Origin: Chloroflexota bacterium
GTDB lineage: Bacteria > Chloroflexota > Dehalococcoidia > Lucifugimonadales > UBA2985
Assembly (NCBI GenBank): GCA_028877205.1
Contig: JAPPHY010000007.1
Span: 166,280-230,279 of the forward strand
Direction: 5' to 3'
DNA: 64,000 nt
Part shown: piece by piece, positions 27,106 through 36,556 of the stretch
How positions within the stretch are numbered: position 1 is the first letter of the stretch
Layout: each line of letters begins with the position of its first letter
The notes under the pieces: generated by a model
Told to the model about the DNA's origin: nothing
The model's database searches: none
The model's input: only the letters and a program-made list of their open reading frames with translations
Translations under genes and position numbers: made by a program

Positions 27106-28368
27106 ATGCTGAGCATCGAGCTTGTCCGAAACAACCCGGACGCGGTCAGGGAGGCGCTCGAGCGCAGGGGCGAGCACGCGCCCCTGGATACAATTGTATC
27201 CCTGGATGCGGAGAGGCGCTCGCTCCTGACGGAGCTGGAAGGCCTGCGCGCCGAGCGAAACCGCGTGAGCCGGGAGATGGGACGCATGTCGGAGAGACCG
27301 GCCGAGATGGTGGAGGAGATGCGACGCACCGGCGACCGCATCCGCGGCCTGGAGGAGCGGGTGAAGGAGACTGAGGCCGGACTGGAAACCGAGCTAATGG
27401 CCCTGCCAAACCTGCCCCTGCCGGGCGTTCCGGACGGCGCGGACGAGACGGCAAACACGGTGGTGTCCACCTGGGGAACGCCCCGCACCTACGAGTTTAC
27501 GCCGCTGCCGCACTGGGACCTCGGCGAACACTTGGGCATCATAGACCTGTCACGAGGCGCCAAGCTCTCCGGCTCGCGGTTCTTCACGCTGTCGGGCGCC
27601 GGCGCGAGGCTCCAGCGAGCCCTCACCGCCTGGATGATCGATCTCCACGTGCAGGAGCACGGCTACCGCGAGGTATACGTTCCGTACCTGGTGCGAAGGG
27701 ATACCATGTACGGCAGCGGCAACCTGCCGAAGTTCGCGGACAACCTCTACCACGACGAGGAGGACGACCTGTGGCTGATTCCCACGGCGGAGGTGCCGCT
27801 TACCGGCTTCCACCGCGACGAGATCCTGGAGCCGGGCACGCTCCCCCTCTACTACGTGTCGCACACGCCGTCGTTCCGACGCGAGAAGGCCGCCGCAGGC
27901 AAGGACACGCGCGGCATCAAGCGCGTCCACCAGTTCGACAAGGTGGAGCTGTACAAGCTGGTTGAACCGGACTCCTCAGGCCAGGAGCTCGAGAAGCTGC
28001 TGGAGGACGCCAAGGACGTCTGCCGGCGCCTGGACATTCCGTACCGGGTGGTGCGGCTCTGCGCCGGCGACATGGGCTTCCCGTCGGCGGAGTCCTACGA
28101 CCTTGAGATGTGGGCGCCGGGCTGCGAGGAGTGGCTGGAGGTCAGCTCGTGCTCCAACTGCACCGATTTCCAGGCTAGGAGGGCCAACATTCGATTCAGG
28201 CCGCAGGCAGGGGCGCGGCCGCAGCTGGTGCACACCCTGAACGGCTCCGGCCTGGCCCTCCCCAGGGTGCTCATTGCGATCATGGAGACCTACCAGCAGT
28301 CCGACGGCTCGATCAGCGTCCCGGACGTGCTGAGGCCCTACATGGGACTGGATACCATTACACCCTGA
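27106..28368 (+). CDS. serS: Serine--tRNA ligase
   Basis: LIPTAEVP, FRRE, RVHQFDKVE, EVSSCSNC, HTLNGSGLA. Confidence 0.97.
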   Translation: MLSIELVRNNPDAVREALERRGEHAPLDTIVSLDAERRSLLTELEGLRAERNRVSREMGRMSERPAEMVEEMRRTGDRIRGLEERVKETEAGLETELMALPNLPLPGVPDGADETANTVVSTWGTPRTYEFTPLPHWDLGEHLGIIDLSRGAKLSGSRFFTLSGAGARLQRALTAWMIDLHVQEHGYREVYVPYLVRRDTMYGSGNLPKFADNLYHDEEDDLWLIPTAEVPLTGFHRDEILEPGTLPLYYVSHTPSFRREKAAAGKDTRGIKRVHQFDKVELYKLVEPDSSGQELEKLLEDAKDVCRRLDIPYRVVRLCAGDMGFPSAESYDLEMWAPGCEEWLEVSSCSNCTDFQARRANIRFRPQAGARPQLVHTLNGSGLALPRVLIAIMETYQQSDGSISVPDVLRPYMGLDTITP

Positions 28369-28435
28369 CGGAGGGGGACGTATCCGTGCATCGGCAGGAA
28401 GCCGGCAAACAGGGCTCACGGGAAAGGAGAGCATT

Positions 28436-28807
28436 ATGGCATACGACATCACCGTTCTTATCGACGACCTGCCGGGCGCGCTGGCTCAGGTGGGGGAGAC
28501 GCTGGGGAAGGCCGGAATCAACATCGACGGCTACTGCTCCTTCACCTCCGGCATCAAGACGCAGCTTCACGTGCTGGTTCAGGATGCTGAGGCAGCGCGG
28601 AGTGTGCTGGAGGCCGGCGGCATACAGGTGCTTCAGGAACGAGAGGTGTTGACGGTTGACATGACCGACAACCCGGGCGAGCTCGGCAAAGTGGCCCGCC
28701 GCATTGCCGACGCCGGTGTCAACATAGACATGGTCTATATGGGTACGGAGTCCCGGCTGGTGGTCGCCGCCTACGATCTGGACAAGGCCCGCGAGGCCGC
28801 AGGCTGA
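28436..28807 (+). CDS. Tandem ACT-domain protein
   Basis: DLPGALAQV..LGKAGINI and DNPGELGKV..IADAGVNI. Confidence 0.88.
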   Translation: MAYDITVLIDDLPGALAQVGETLGKAGINIDGYCSFTSGIKTQLHVLVQDAEAARSVLEAGGIQVLQEREVLTVDMTDNPGELGKVARRIADAGVNIDMVYMGTESRLVVAAYDLDKAREAAG

Positions 28808-28851
28808 AGCCGTCAACGTTCTTGCTCCTTGGTACGCAGTGAGCCGCACTT

Positions 28852-29207
28852 GGCCCGCTCATGGTGAGCTTGTCGAACCATTTGGGCGGGCCTGTTCGCT
28901 GCGCCCAGTCGGTGATTCTTCGATTCGACTGCGCCTGTCTCGAAATGACAGTGGGAGGTGGCGCCACGCGACGGTCAGCTCGCCCTCTGCTCCCGCATCA
29001 AGTGCGGGACAAGCTTGGCAGGGGCAGGCTCTGAGCCGGTAGAAAGGTACGCGGGAGACCGACAGGCGTGTTCACCCGCTCATGGTTCGACAGGCTCACC
29101 ACGAGCGGGAGCGGATCGAAGCCCCGTTCGTACTTCGACAGGCTTAGCACGAACAGGCTTGGCGCGGTGGAGGCTTGCTCCGCCCCGCATGTGATGCTGG
29201 GCAGGAG
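28852..29207. repeat. Array of REP-like palindromic repeats in both orientations, with nested units
   Basis: GGCCCGCTCATGGTGAGCTTGTCGAACCATTTGGGCGGGCC (28852-28892), CCCGCTCATGGTTCGACAGGCTCACCACGAGCGGG (29075-29109), CCGTTCGTACTTCGACAGGCTTAGCACGAAC (from 29124). Confidence 0.8.
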
Positions 29208-29229
29208 GCTGCGTGCAGGCTCGCCGCAC

Positions 29230-29267
29230 AAAAGCCGAGCGGGAGGAGTCTTCGCTCCCCCCGCTCG
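29230..29267 (-). terminator. Intrinsic terminator after the ABC substrate-binding gene
   Basis: CGAGCGGG..CCCGCTCG stem followed on the minus strand by GCTTTT. Confidence 0.6.
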
Positions 29268-29317
29268 ATTGCGTCTCCTTGGATACGGATGCGACGCGCG
29301 TTCGCTGTGTGACGTCT

Positions 29318-30502
29318 CTACTCGTTGGCGAGCGCCGCGTCAACGCTGGCGATGATCTCGTCGGCGTTGTCGTCGGTGATCCATGACGTCCACACGTCCC
29401 TGTTGTTCTTCAGGTAGTAGATCGCCACGTCCCGCCACTCGGCGTCGTTTTCGTCCTTCCATATCTCGAGTGTCCCCACATTGAGAGCGCCGATGAAGAC
29501 GTTGGCCAGGAACTCCGTCACCTCTGGAGCGCGCTCCTGCAGGTTGCGGTGGACTGCGCTGTGGACGTCCCAGACCTGGTAGGCGCATGCCTCCGTTGCC
29601 GTGTCGAAGGGCGGTTGCACACCTTCGGCAGTTGCTTCGTTAAGGGTGTCCTGACACTCCTGGGTCCACTCGGGCTCCTCCAGCCGGTACAGATCCAGCT
29701 CGTTGACGATGGTGGTGGGCTCCCAGTAGTAGGCCAGCACGGGGTCGCCGGCCGTGTAGGCGCCCTTGATGGCCGCGTCGAGCGCGCCGGCCGAGCCGGG
29801 CTCAGCGACGTTGTAGGTGTCGAACAGGCCGTATGCATGCCACTTGGCCCTGTTGAGCCTCTGGCACTTCCAGCCAAGGATGCAGTTGATCATCACGCCC
29901 TTGCCGGGATCCTCAGGGTCTTCGAACAGCTCCCAATACTCCGGCAGGTCGGACACCGACTGCAAGCCGGGGTTCTCGTCGATGACATACTGGGGCACGT
30001 AGAAGCCCTGCGCCGACTGCTCCAGTATCTGTCCCTTGGAGCCGTTGGGGAGGCTGTCGGCGGTACCTGCCAGGTCAATGATCGTACCGGCCTCCGTTTG
30101 CTCCACGTACCAGTCCAGTATGTTCTGGCGCCAGAGTTCCATGTTGACGTCCATCTCGCCCTGCGGGAAGGTCGCAATCATGGTGGTGGTGGTGCCCGGA
30201 ATGTACTCTACAGGGTATCCGTAGCCGTGCTCGATGATGTACGCGGGAATGCGGGTGTTGAGCTCGACTGAGGTCCAGTTGGAGGTGTATACCTTGACCG
30301 GCTCCTTGGGCTCCATCGACTCCATGGCTTCCTCGGTCGGCGTCGGCTCCATCATGGCCTCAGTTGGCGTGGGTGCCGGGGTGTTGGTCGGTACGGGAGT
30401 CGCCGTAGGCTCCTCGCTGCACGCTGCCACTGTCAGGAGCATCAGCCCCACAATTCCCAAGAAAAGCCCCATCATCCGGGGCCCCGTATATCTCCCTTTC
30501 AT
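29318..30502 (-). CDS. Glycine betaine/proline ABC transporter substrate-binding lipoprotein (OpuAC/ProX-like)
   Basis: Lipobox VAAC, PT linker, NWTS, HGYGYPVE, ELW, CILGWKC, YYWEPT; AGGAGG RBS at 30502 (a second RBS and in-frame ATG at 30628). Confidence 0.88.
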   Translation of the reverse strand: MKGRYTGPRMMGLFLGIVGLMLLTVAACSEEPTATPVPTNTPAPTPTEAMMEPTPTEEAMESMEPKEPVKVYTSNWTSVELNTRIPAYIIEHGYGYPVEYIPGTTTTMIATFPQGEMDVNMELWRQNILDWYVEQTEAGTIIDLAGTADSLPNGSKGQILEQSAQGFYVPQYVIDENPGLQSVSDLPEYWELFEDPEDPGKGVMINCILGWKCQRLNRAKWHAYGLFDTYNVAEPGSAGALDAAIKGAYTAGDPVLAYYWEPTTIVNELDLYRLEEPEWTQECQDTLNEATAEGVQPPFDTATEACAYQVWDVHSAVHRNLQERAPEVTEFLANVFIGALNVGTLEIWKDENDAEWRDVAIYYLKNNRDVWTSWITDDNADEIIASVDAALANE

Positions 30503-30816
30503 CTGCAATTGCCTCCTAGTAGATTTCAAGGTCTGTTCAGGTCCAGGGACGGGAGAAACCGAGGAACGCAGAGTTGGCCTGTTCCCGTCCGTTCGGAGAT
30601 CTGACTCCGATACCAGTTTCTGGGCCATTCACCTCCTGTCCTCTGTATTTGCCGTCCCCACTATGGTCGGAAGCCATCTACTGCTCCCCGCAGGGAAGGC
30701 TATCGCGCGATGCAAGGCATCGGGACACCTTGGGATGGCTTCGGAATTGGCGAGTGAGACCGCGGGCGCAGCCCCATCTTTTGGATCGACCTGTTGGGGT
30801 TCCGGTCGAGATATCT

Positions 30817-30846
30817 AAAACTAGTAGTTTTGCGGGCTGATGTCAA
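30817..30846 (-). promoter_or_regulatory. Promoter TTGACA-N17-TAGTTT overlapped by palindrome AAAACTA-G-TAGTTTT
   Basis: -35 at 30846-30841, -10 at 30823-30818, perfect 7-1-7 palindrome at 30817-30831. Confidence 0.6.
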
Positions 30847-30925
30847 CCCCTGTGACGCCGTTCACAGGCATGCAAAAACCATTGCCGGCGCGAGATGTAA
30901 GGGTTGAATGTGCGCTCGCAGGCGC

Positions 30926-32488
30926 CTAGTGCCAGAAGGCGCGCTCGCCGGTAAGTACCATTGAGATGCCCGCGGCGTCCGCGGCGTCTATCGAGGCCTG
31001 GTCGTTGATGGAGCCGCCCTGCTGCACGATGGCCGCGATTCCGTAGCTTGCCGCCAGCTCCACGCTGTCCTGGAATGGGAAGAAGGAGTCGGACGCCAGG
31101 ATCGCGCCTCGGGCGCGCTCCCCGGCCTGCTCCAGCGCTATGCGGGCCGAGCCCACCCGGCTCACCTGGCCGCTGCCTATGCCCAGCGTAACGCCGGCCG
31201 CCTCGTCCCAGACCATGATGGTGTTGGAGCGGATGTGTCGCATCAGTAGCCAGGCGTCCTCCATGCCGCTCAGCTGCTCCGGCGTTGGCTGGACGCGCGT
31301 GGCCACTCTCCATGCCTCCCGGTCGATGGGCGACGTGTTGGCCTGCTGGTACAAAAGCCCGCCGGGCACCTGTTTGACGTTGACGCTTCCGGCGGGAAGC
31401 GCGCCAAGCTCGTCTACGGTGTAGAGCACCATGCGCCTGCGAGTCCTGCGCAGGATGGCCACGGCCTCCTCGGACGCGCCGGGCGCAACGATGGCGTCTA
31501 TGTTGGACGACTCCAGCTCCCGGAAGCGGGCTACCACTTCCGCCGTCTCCACGTCCATCGGCCGGTTCAGCCCGATGATGCCGCCGAAGGCCGACGTGGC
31601 GTCCGCGTGTATGGCCTTCTCCAGCGCCTCGGCGGACGTTGCGCCGAACGCGAAGCCGCTGGGAGTGGCGTGCTTGATGACCACCGCCGCCGGCCTGTCC
31701 ATGAAGTCACGCACGCTCTCCAGCGCCGCCGACATGTCGTACACGTTGCACAGCGACGGCTCCTGCCCGAGCAGCTGTGAGCCGGACGCGAGACTCGCGT
31801 AGCCCAGAAGAGGCTCCGTGTACAGCGCGCCCAACTGGTGGGGATTCTCTCCGTAGCGAAGCTGCTGCACCCTGTGGTATGCCAGCGTGAGCTCCTGAGG
31901 AAACGCCCCCTCCGGGTCCTCGCGGCGCAGGTACGACGCAATGAGCGTATCGTAGTAGGCGACATGCTGGAAAGCCTTGTGGGCCAGGCGCCGCCGCTCC
32001 TCCAGCGAGAGGCCCTCGCCTGCCAGCTTCTCCGCGACCCAGGAGTAGTCAGCGGGGTCAACCACCACGGCTACGAATGGGAAGTTCTTGGCAGCGGCGC
32101 GTATCATGGTGGGGCCGCCTATGTCGATGTTCTCCAGCGCGTCGTCCAAGGTGACGCCGGGACTCGCGATCGTTGCGGCGAACGGGTACAGGTTGACGGC
32201 GACGACGTCGATGGTCTCCATGCTGAGGCCGGCAAGCTCCGAGACGTGGCCGGGGTCGTCGCGGCGGGCCAGGATGCCGCCGTGGATGGCGGGATGGAGC
32301 GTCTTGACGCGGCCGCCCAGGATCTCCGGCGAGCCGGTGAAGTCGGACACCTGCTGGACCGGCAGGCCCGCGTCCGCGATCGTCTGATGGGTGCCGCCCG
32401 TGCTGATCAGGTCGGCGCCCGCCCTCTGCAGCTCTCGCGCAAAGTCCACCACGCCGTTCTTGTCGAATACGCTGAGCAGGGCCTTCAT
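30926..32488 (-). CDS. purH: Bifunctional AICAR transformylase/IMP cyclohydrolase
   Basis: ALLSVFDK, STGGT, GRVKTLHP, IDIGGP, LRYGENPHQ, SAFGGII, ASDSFFPF. Confidence 0.96.
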   Translation of the reverse strand: MKALLSVFDKNGVVDFARELQRAGADLISTGGTHQTIADAGLPVQQVSDFTGSPEILGGRVKTLHPAIHGGILARRDDPGHVSELAGLSMETIDVVAVNLYPFAATIASPGVTLDDALENIDIGGPTMIRAAAKNFPFVAVVVDPADYSWVAEKLAGEGLSLEERRRLAHKAFQHVAYYDTLIASYLRREDPEGAFPQELTLAYHRVQQLRYGENPHQLGALYTEPLLGYASLASGSQLLGQEPSLCNVYDMSAALESVRDFMDRPAAVVIKHATPSGFAFGATSAEALEKAIHADATSAFGGIIGLNRPMDVETAEVVARFRELESSNIDAIVAPGASEEAVAILRRTRRRMVLYTVDELGALPAGSVNVKQVPGGLLYQQANTSPIDREAWRVATRVQPTPEQLSGMEDAWLLMRHIRSNTIMVWDEAAGVTLGIGSGQVSRVGSARIALEQAGERARGAILASDSFFPFQDSVELAASYGIAAIVQQGGSINDQASIDAADAAGISMVLTGERAFWH

Positions 32489-32522
32489 CGGCCACCTCCT
32501 CGTTTTGAAGTACGAAGCAAGG

Positions 32523-33530
32523 TCAGTCCAGGGTCACGCCCTCGTCCGCCACCACCTCTCCCGCCCATACGGCCTCCGGCACGAGCCGTAGCACCTCGTC
32601 GGCGCGCTCCGGCGAGCAGGCCAGCACCATGCCAACGCCCATGTTGAACACGCGGTACATCTCGTCCGGCTCGACCCCACCCTCCTCCTGGATGAGCGTG
32701 AAGATCGGCGGGACTCGCCAGGCAGACGTGTCGAAGCGAGCGCCGAGGCCCGCGGGCAGAATGCGGGGCACGTTCTCCGGCAGACCCCCGCCTGTGATGT
32801 GTGCCATGCCACTGATGAGCGGCAGGACCGGCTCCAGCAGAGGATAGTAGCACCGGTGGGGCTCCATCAGGGCCTCTCCCAGCGTTGCGCCGAGCTCCGG
32901 CACCGTCCGATCGAGGACGGATGGGTTATCGTCCACACCGAACACCCTGCGAGCCAGGGAGTAGCCGTTGGTGTGCAGGCCGTTCGAGGGCACCGCCAGC
33001 AGCACATCACCCTCAGCTATAGTGGAGCCGTCCAGAATGGCGTCTTCCTCGACCACGCCCACCGCGAAGCCGGCCAGGTCGAACCCGTCCTCCGGATAGA
33101 TGCCCGGTAGCTCCGCGGTCTCGCCGCCGATAAGGGCGCATCCCACGGCCCGGCATGCCTCAGCGACGCCCCGTACAAGCGCCTCGGCTCTCTCCGGCAC
33201 CAGCCGTCCCACGCCAAGGTAGTCGAGGAAGAAGAGGGGGGTTGCGCCGGAGACGAAGACGTCATTGACGCAGTGATTCACCACGTCGACGCCCACGCTC
33301 TCGAAGCGGCCGGTCAGGGTGGCGAGCATGAGCTTGGTTCCCGGCGAGTCCGTGCTGGACACGAGCACCGGCTGTCGATAGCCCTGCAGCCGGTACATTC
33401 CGCCGAAGAACCCTACGCCGCCTATGACGTTGGGCCCGTGCGTGGATTCGGCGAGGGTCTTGATGGCCTCTGTTGCCTGTCGCGCGGCTCCCAGGTTGAC
33501 CCCGGCTGCGAGGTAGGTCTCACCCGCCAT
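32523..33530 (-). CDS. purM: Phosphoribosylformylglycinamidine cyclo-ligase
   Basis: GATPLFFLDY, GGETAELPG, SNGLHTNGYSL, HITGGG, FNMGVG. Confidence 0.96.
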   Translation of the reverse strand: MAGETYLAAGVNLGAARQATEAIKTLAESTHGPNVIGGVGFFGGMYRLQGYRQPVLVSSTDSPGTKLMLATLTGRFESVGVDVVNHCVNDVFVSGATPLFFLDYLGVGRLVPERAEALVRGVAEACRAVGCALIGGETAELPGIYPEDGFDLAGFAVGVVEEDAILDGSTIAEGDVLLAVPSNGLHTNGYSLARRVFGVDDNPSVLDRTVPELGATLGEALMEPHRCYYPLLEPVLPLISGMAHITGGGLPENVPRILPAGLGARFDTSAWRVPPIFTLIQEEGGVEPDEMYRVFNMGVGMVLACSPERADEVLRLVPEAVWAGEVVADEGVTLD

Positions 33531-33536
33531 TGCGCG

Positions 33537-34988
33537 TCATCCCAGGGCGGGGACTTCGAGGGCCAGCTTGTTCATCTCCAGCTGGACGGGAATGGGGTGG
33601 TCGCCGGTGAAGCAGCCGGCGCAGTGCGAGTTGCCGTTGCCTCCCACGGTCTTGAGTAGGCCCTTCACGCTCAGGTAGCCCAGCGAGTCGGCGCCCACGA
33701 ACTGTTGGATCTCTTCGACACTCTTGTTGGCGGCGATGAGCTCGCGGTAGGAGGCCATGTCCACGCCAAGCTGGCAGGGGTGCCTGATGGGCGGGGCGCA
33801 CACGCGAAGGTGGACCTCGGTGGCGCCGGCCCTTCTAACCAGGCGCACAACGTGAGGGGTCGTGGTGCCCCGTACTATGCTGTCGTCGACGACAACGACG
33901 CGCTTGCCGGCCAGCACCTCGGGAAGGGTGTTGAACTTTAGCTGCACGCCAAGGTCGCGGACGCGCTGGTCAGGCTCGATGAAGGTGCGCCCCACGTAGC
34001 GGTTCTTGAGCAGTCCCTCGCTGTAGGGAATGCCGGCCTCCCGGGCGTAGCCAACGGCCGCCGCCGTCGCGGAGTCCGGTACGCCGATCACCACGTCGGC
34101 GTCCACAGGGTGCTCCTTCGCAAGCTGTGCGCCCATCTCCTGGCGCAGCGAGTAGGTCAGCCGGCCTCCCAGCACGCTGTCGGGCCGCGCAAAGTAGATG
34201 TACTCGAAGACGCAGAATGCGCGGCGCCTCTGGCCGCCTCGGTAGAGCGTCCTCATGCCCTGGTCGTCGATGATGATCGCCTCCCCGGGCTCGATCTCGC
34301 GGTGCAGCGTTGCGCCCAGGTGGTCGAGCGCGCAGCTCTCCGACGCCACGATCCAGCCGCCGTTCATCTTGCCCACGCACAGGGGTCGCACACCGAGGGG
34401 GTCTCGAATAGCAATGAGCGAGTCCAGCGTCAGGACCACCAGGGAGTAGGCGCCCTGCAGGCGGCGCATGAGGTACTGCACGCGCTCCGCCCAGTCGCGG
34501 CCGGGCGCGTTGGCTAGCAGCTGCGCCACGATCTCGGAGTCGGAGGTGGAGGTGAAGCGGCAGCCCCACTCCTCAAGCTCCTGGCGGAGCGGCAGGGCGT
34601 TGACCACGTTGCCATTGTGGCCCAGGGCCAGCTCTCCGTAGGGGCCGCTGGCGAGAATGGGCTGCGCGTTGCAGAGGATGCTGGAGCCTGCGGTGGAGTA
34701 CCGGGTGTGGCCTATGGCGATGTGGCCGGTGAGTCGCTGGAGGTCCTGCTCGCGGAAGGCCTGCGCAACGAGGCCCATTGCGGTGCTGTTTCGGAGCGAT
34801 TGACCGTCGCTGACGGCTATGCCGGCGCTCTCCTGGCCGCGGTGCTGCAGGGCGAAGAGTCCGAAGAAGGCGACGCGTCCCACGTCCTCGCCGGGTGCAT
34901 AAACGCCGACCACGCCGCAGGCCTCCTGCGGCATGTCGTCCCAGTCCCCTGCCACCTCCACCCCGGGCGGAAAGGTCACCTTGCTCAA
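33537..34988 (-). CDS. purF: Amidophosphoribosyltransferase
   Basis: EACGVVG, LQHRGQESAG, GHTRYST, VVVDDSIVRGTT. Confidence 0.97.
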   Translation of the reverse strand: MSKVTFPPGVEVAGDWDDMPQEACGVVGVYAPGEDVGRVAFFGLFALQHRGQESAGIAVSDGQSLRNSTAMGLVAQAFREQDLQRLTGHIAIGHTRYSTAGSSILCNAQPILASGPYGELALGHNGNVVNALPLRQELEEWGCRFTSTSDSEIVAQLLANAPGRDWAERVQYLMRRLQGAYSLVVLTLDSLIAIRDPLGVRPLCVGKMNGGWIVASESCALDHLGATLHREIEPGEAIIIDDQGMRTLYRGGQRRRAFCVFEYIYFARPDSVLGGRLTYSLRQEMGAQLAKEHPVDADVVIGVPDSATAAAVGYAREAGIPYSEGLLKNRYVGRTFIEPDQRVRDLGVQLKFNTLPEVLAGKRVVVVDDSIVRGTTTPHVVRLVRRAGATEVHLRVCAPPIRHPCQLGVDMASYRELIAANKSVEEIQQFVGADSLGYLSVKGLLKTVGGNGNSHCAGCFTGDHPIPVQLEMNKLALEVPALG

Positions 34989-35027
34989 GAGCTCCCTTCC
35001 AAGGGGCGACGTAGATCGCGCATGGGG

Positions 35028-35111
35028 ATTGTAGTATCAATGTTGTGAGTCGGTCAATCCCCGCGTACGGTCGATGCTTCAATTGACACGGCCAGAGCGG
35101 TGATATATCCT
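35028..35111. promoter_or_regulatory. Divergent promoters for the pur (minus) and nuo (plus) operons
   Basis: Minus TTGACC-N18-TACAAT (35057-35028); plus TTGACA-N17-TATCCT (35083-35111). Confidence 0.6.
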
Positions 35112-35173
35112 AGGCTAAGTCTGCAAGCCCCGTTATGGCGGCCGAACGCAGGCCGCCGGTCTGGAGGGACCAG

Positions 35174-35545
35174 TTGGCGCCTGAAGGATTTACCCTCAAC
35201 TACACTGCGGTGGTGATAGCGGGTATTGTGGGGTTTGTGGGCATGGCGATAATGTTCGCCGCCTCCTTCATCCTCTCTCCCAAAAAGCGCACGCCTCTCA
35301 AGGACATGCCCTACGAGTGCGGCATCCCTCCCGCTCCCTACTCCTGGTCGCAGCTCCACATGCGCTACTACATCTTCGCAATTCTCTTCCTCATCTTCGA
35401 CGTCGAGGCCGTCTTCCTCTTCCCGTGGGCCGTGGTGTTCCTCACCAGCATCGACGCCGTCTTCTACGAGATGCTCCTGTTCATCGCTATACTCTTCTTC
35501 GGGATCATCTACAGCTGGAAGAAGGGGGTGCTCCAGTGGAAGTGA
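35174..35545 (+). CDS. nuoA: Complex I subunit A
   Basis: [28 protein letters not shown]. Confidence 0.95.
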   Translation: MAPEGFTLNYTAVVIAGIVGFVGMAIMFAASFILSPKKRTPLKDMPYECGIPPAPYSWSQLHMRYYIFAILFLIFDVEAVFLFPWAVVFLTSIDAVFYEMLLFIAILFFGIIYSWKKGVLQWK

Positions 35546-36057
35546 CGCTAGGCTCGGGCAACCAGGAGCCGCGAAGCATCCTGAACCGGGCGGCGCCGGG
35601 CATAGTCACCGCCAGGTCGGAGGAGCTCATAGCGCTGGCCCGCAAATCTTCGCTGTGGCCCATGACATTCGGTCTGGCCTGTTGCGCCATCGAGATGATG
35701 AGCACATACATGGCCCACCACGACCTCGACCGGTTCGGCATAGTCCCCTGGCCCTCCGCCAGGCAGTCGGACGTGATGATTGTGGCCGGCACCGTGGTCA
35801 AGAAGATGGCGGAGCCGATCAAGATTCTCTACGAGCAGATGCCGGAGCCCAAGTGGGTCATAGCAATGGGAAGCTGCGCGACCAACGGCGGGCCCTACTA
35901 CCGCTCCTACTCCGTGGTGATGGGGGTGGACCACATCATTCCCGTGGACGTCTACGTGCCGGGATGCCCGCCCAGGCCCGAAGCCCTGCTGGACGGCATC
36001 CTCAAGCTGCAGGACAAAATCATGCAGGACGCCAGGGAGCGTGGTAGAAAGGCATAG
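35536..36057 (+). CDS. nuoB: Complex I subunit B
   Basis: [27 protein letters not shown]. Confidence 0.95.
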   Translation: MEVTLGSGNQEPRSILNRAAPGIVTARSEELIALARKSSLWPMTFGLACCAIEMMSTYMAHHDLDRFGIVPWPSARQSDVMIVAGTVVKKMAEPIKILYEQMPEPKWVIAMGSCATNGGPYYRSYSVVMGVDHIIPVDVYVPGCPPRPEALLDGILKLQDKIMQDARERGRKA

Positions 36058-36556
36058 ACCCGGGCACACTACCCCCCAGGCCGCCGTTGCCCTGGACGAG
36101 AAGGGGCAGGCCCTGGAACGACTGCTCCCGGACGTCCTGGCGCGGTTCAATCCCGAATTGGGCGCCGCAGTCGACCTTGTGACCGCCACCGTCAACCCAT
36201 CGGACGTCGCCGAGGCCTGCCTCACGCTACGGGACTCGCCGGAGTGCCGGTTCGACTACCTCACCTGCCTCTGCGTAGTGGACTACGAGGAGCATCTGCA
36301 GGTGGTCTACCACCTCTACAGTACAACCCACAAACACATGATGGTGCTCAAGGCCAACGTTTCGCCGGAGCAGGCCGTCGTTCCGACCGTGACCTCCGTT
36401 TGGGTCGGCGCGGACTGGTTCGAGCGTGAGAGCCACGACCTGTTCGGGGTGACGTTCGACGGACACCCCAACCTGGCGCCCCTGCTGCTGTACGAGGGCT
36501 TCGAGGGATACCCCGGCCGCAGAAACTTCGAGATGCCGGAGTACGCGGAGTGGTAG
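36041..36556 (+). CDS. nuoC: Complex I subunit C
   Basis: [22 protein letters not shown]. Confidence 0.92.
   Translation: MVERHRPGHTTPQAAVALDEKGQALERLLPDVLARFNPELGAAVDLVTATVNPSDVAEACLTLRDSPECRFDYLTCLCVVDYEEHLQVVYHLYSTTHKHMMVLKANVSPEQAVVPTVTSVWVGADWFERESHDLFGVTFDGHPNLAPLLLYEGFEGYPGRRNFEMPEYAEW

Noticed and set aside
28852-29207. Possible CRISPR array
   Set aside because: Repeats are degenerate, in mixed orientation and irregularly spaced, recur singly elsewhere, and no cas genes are present.
30630-30811. c-di-AMP (ydaO) riboswitch ahead of the osmolyte-binding protein
   Set aside because: Conserved GCTGAATCC and GTCAGCTAAC motifs not found; kept only as an unassigned structured leader.
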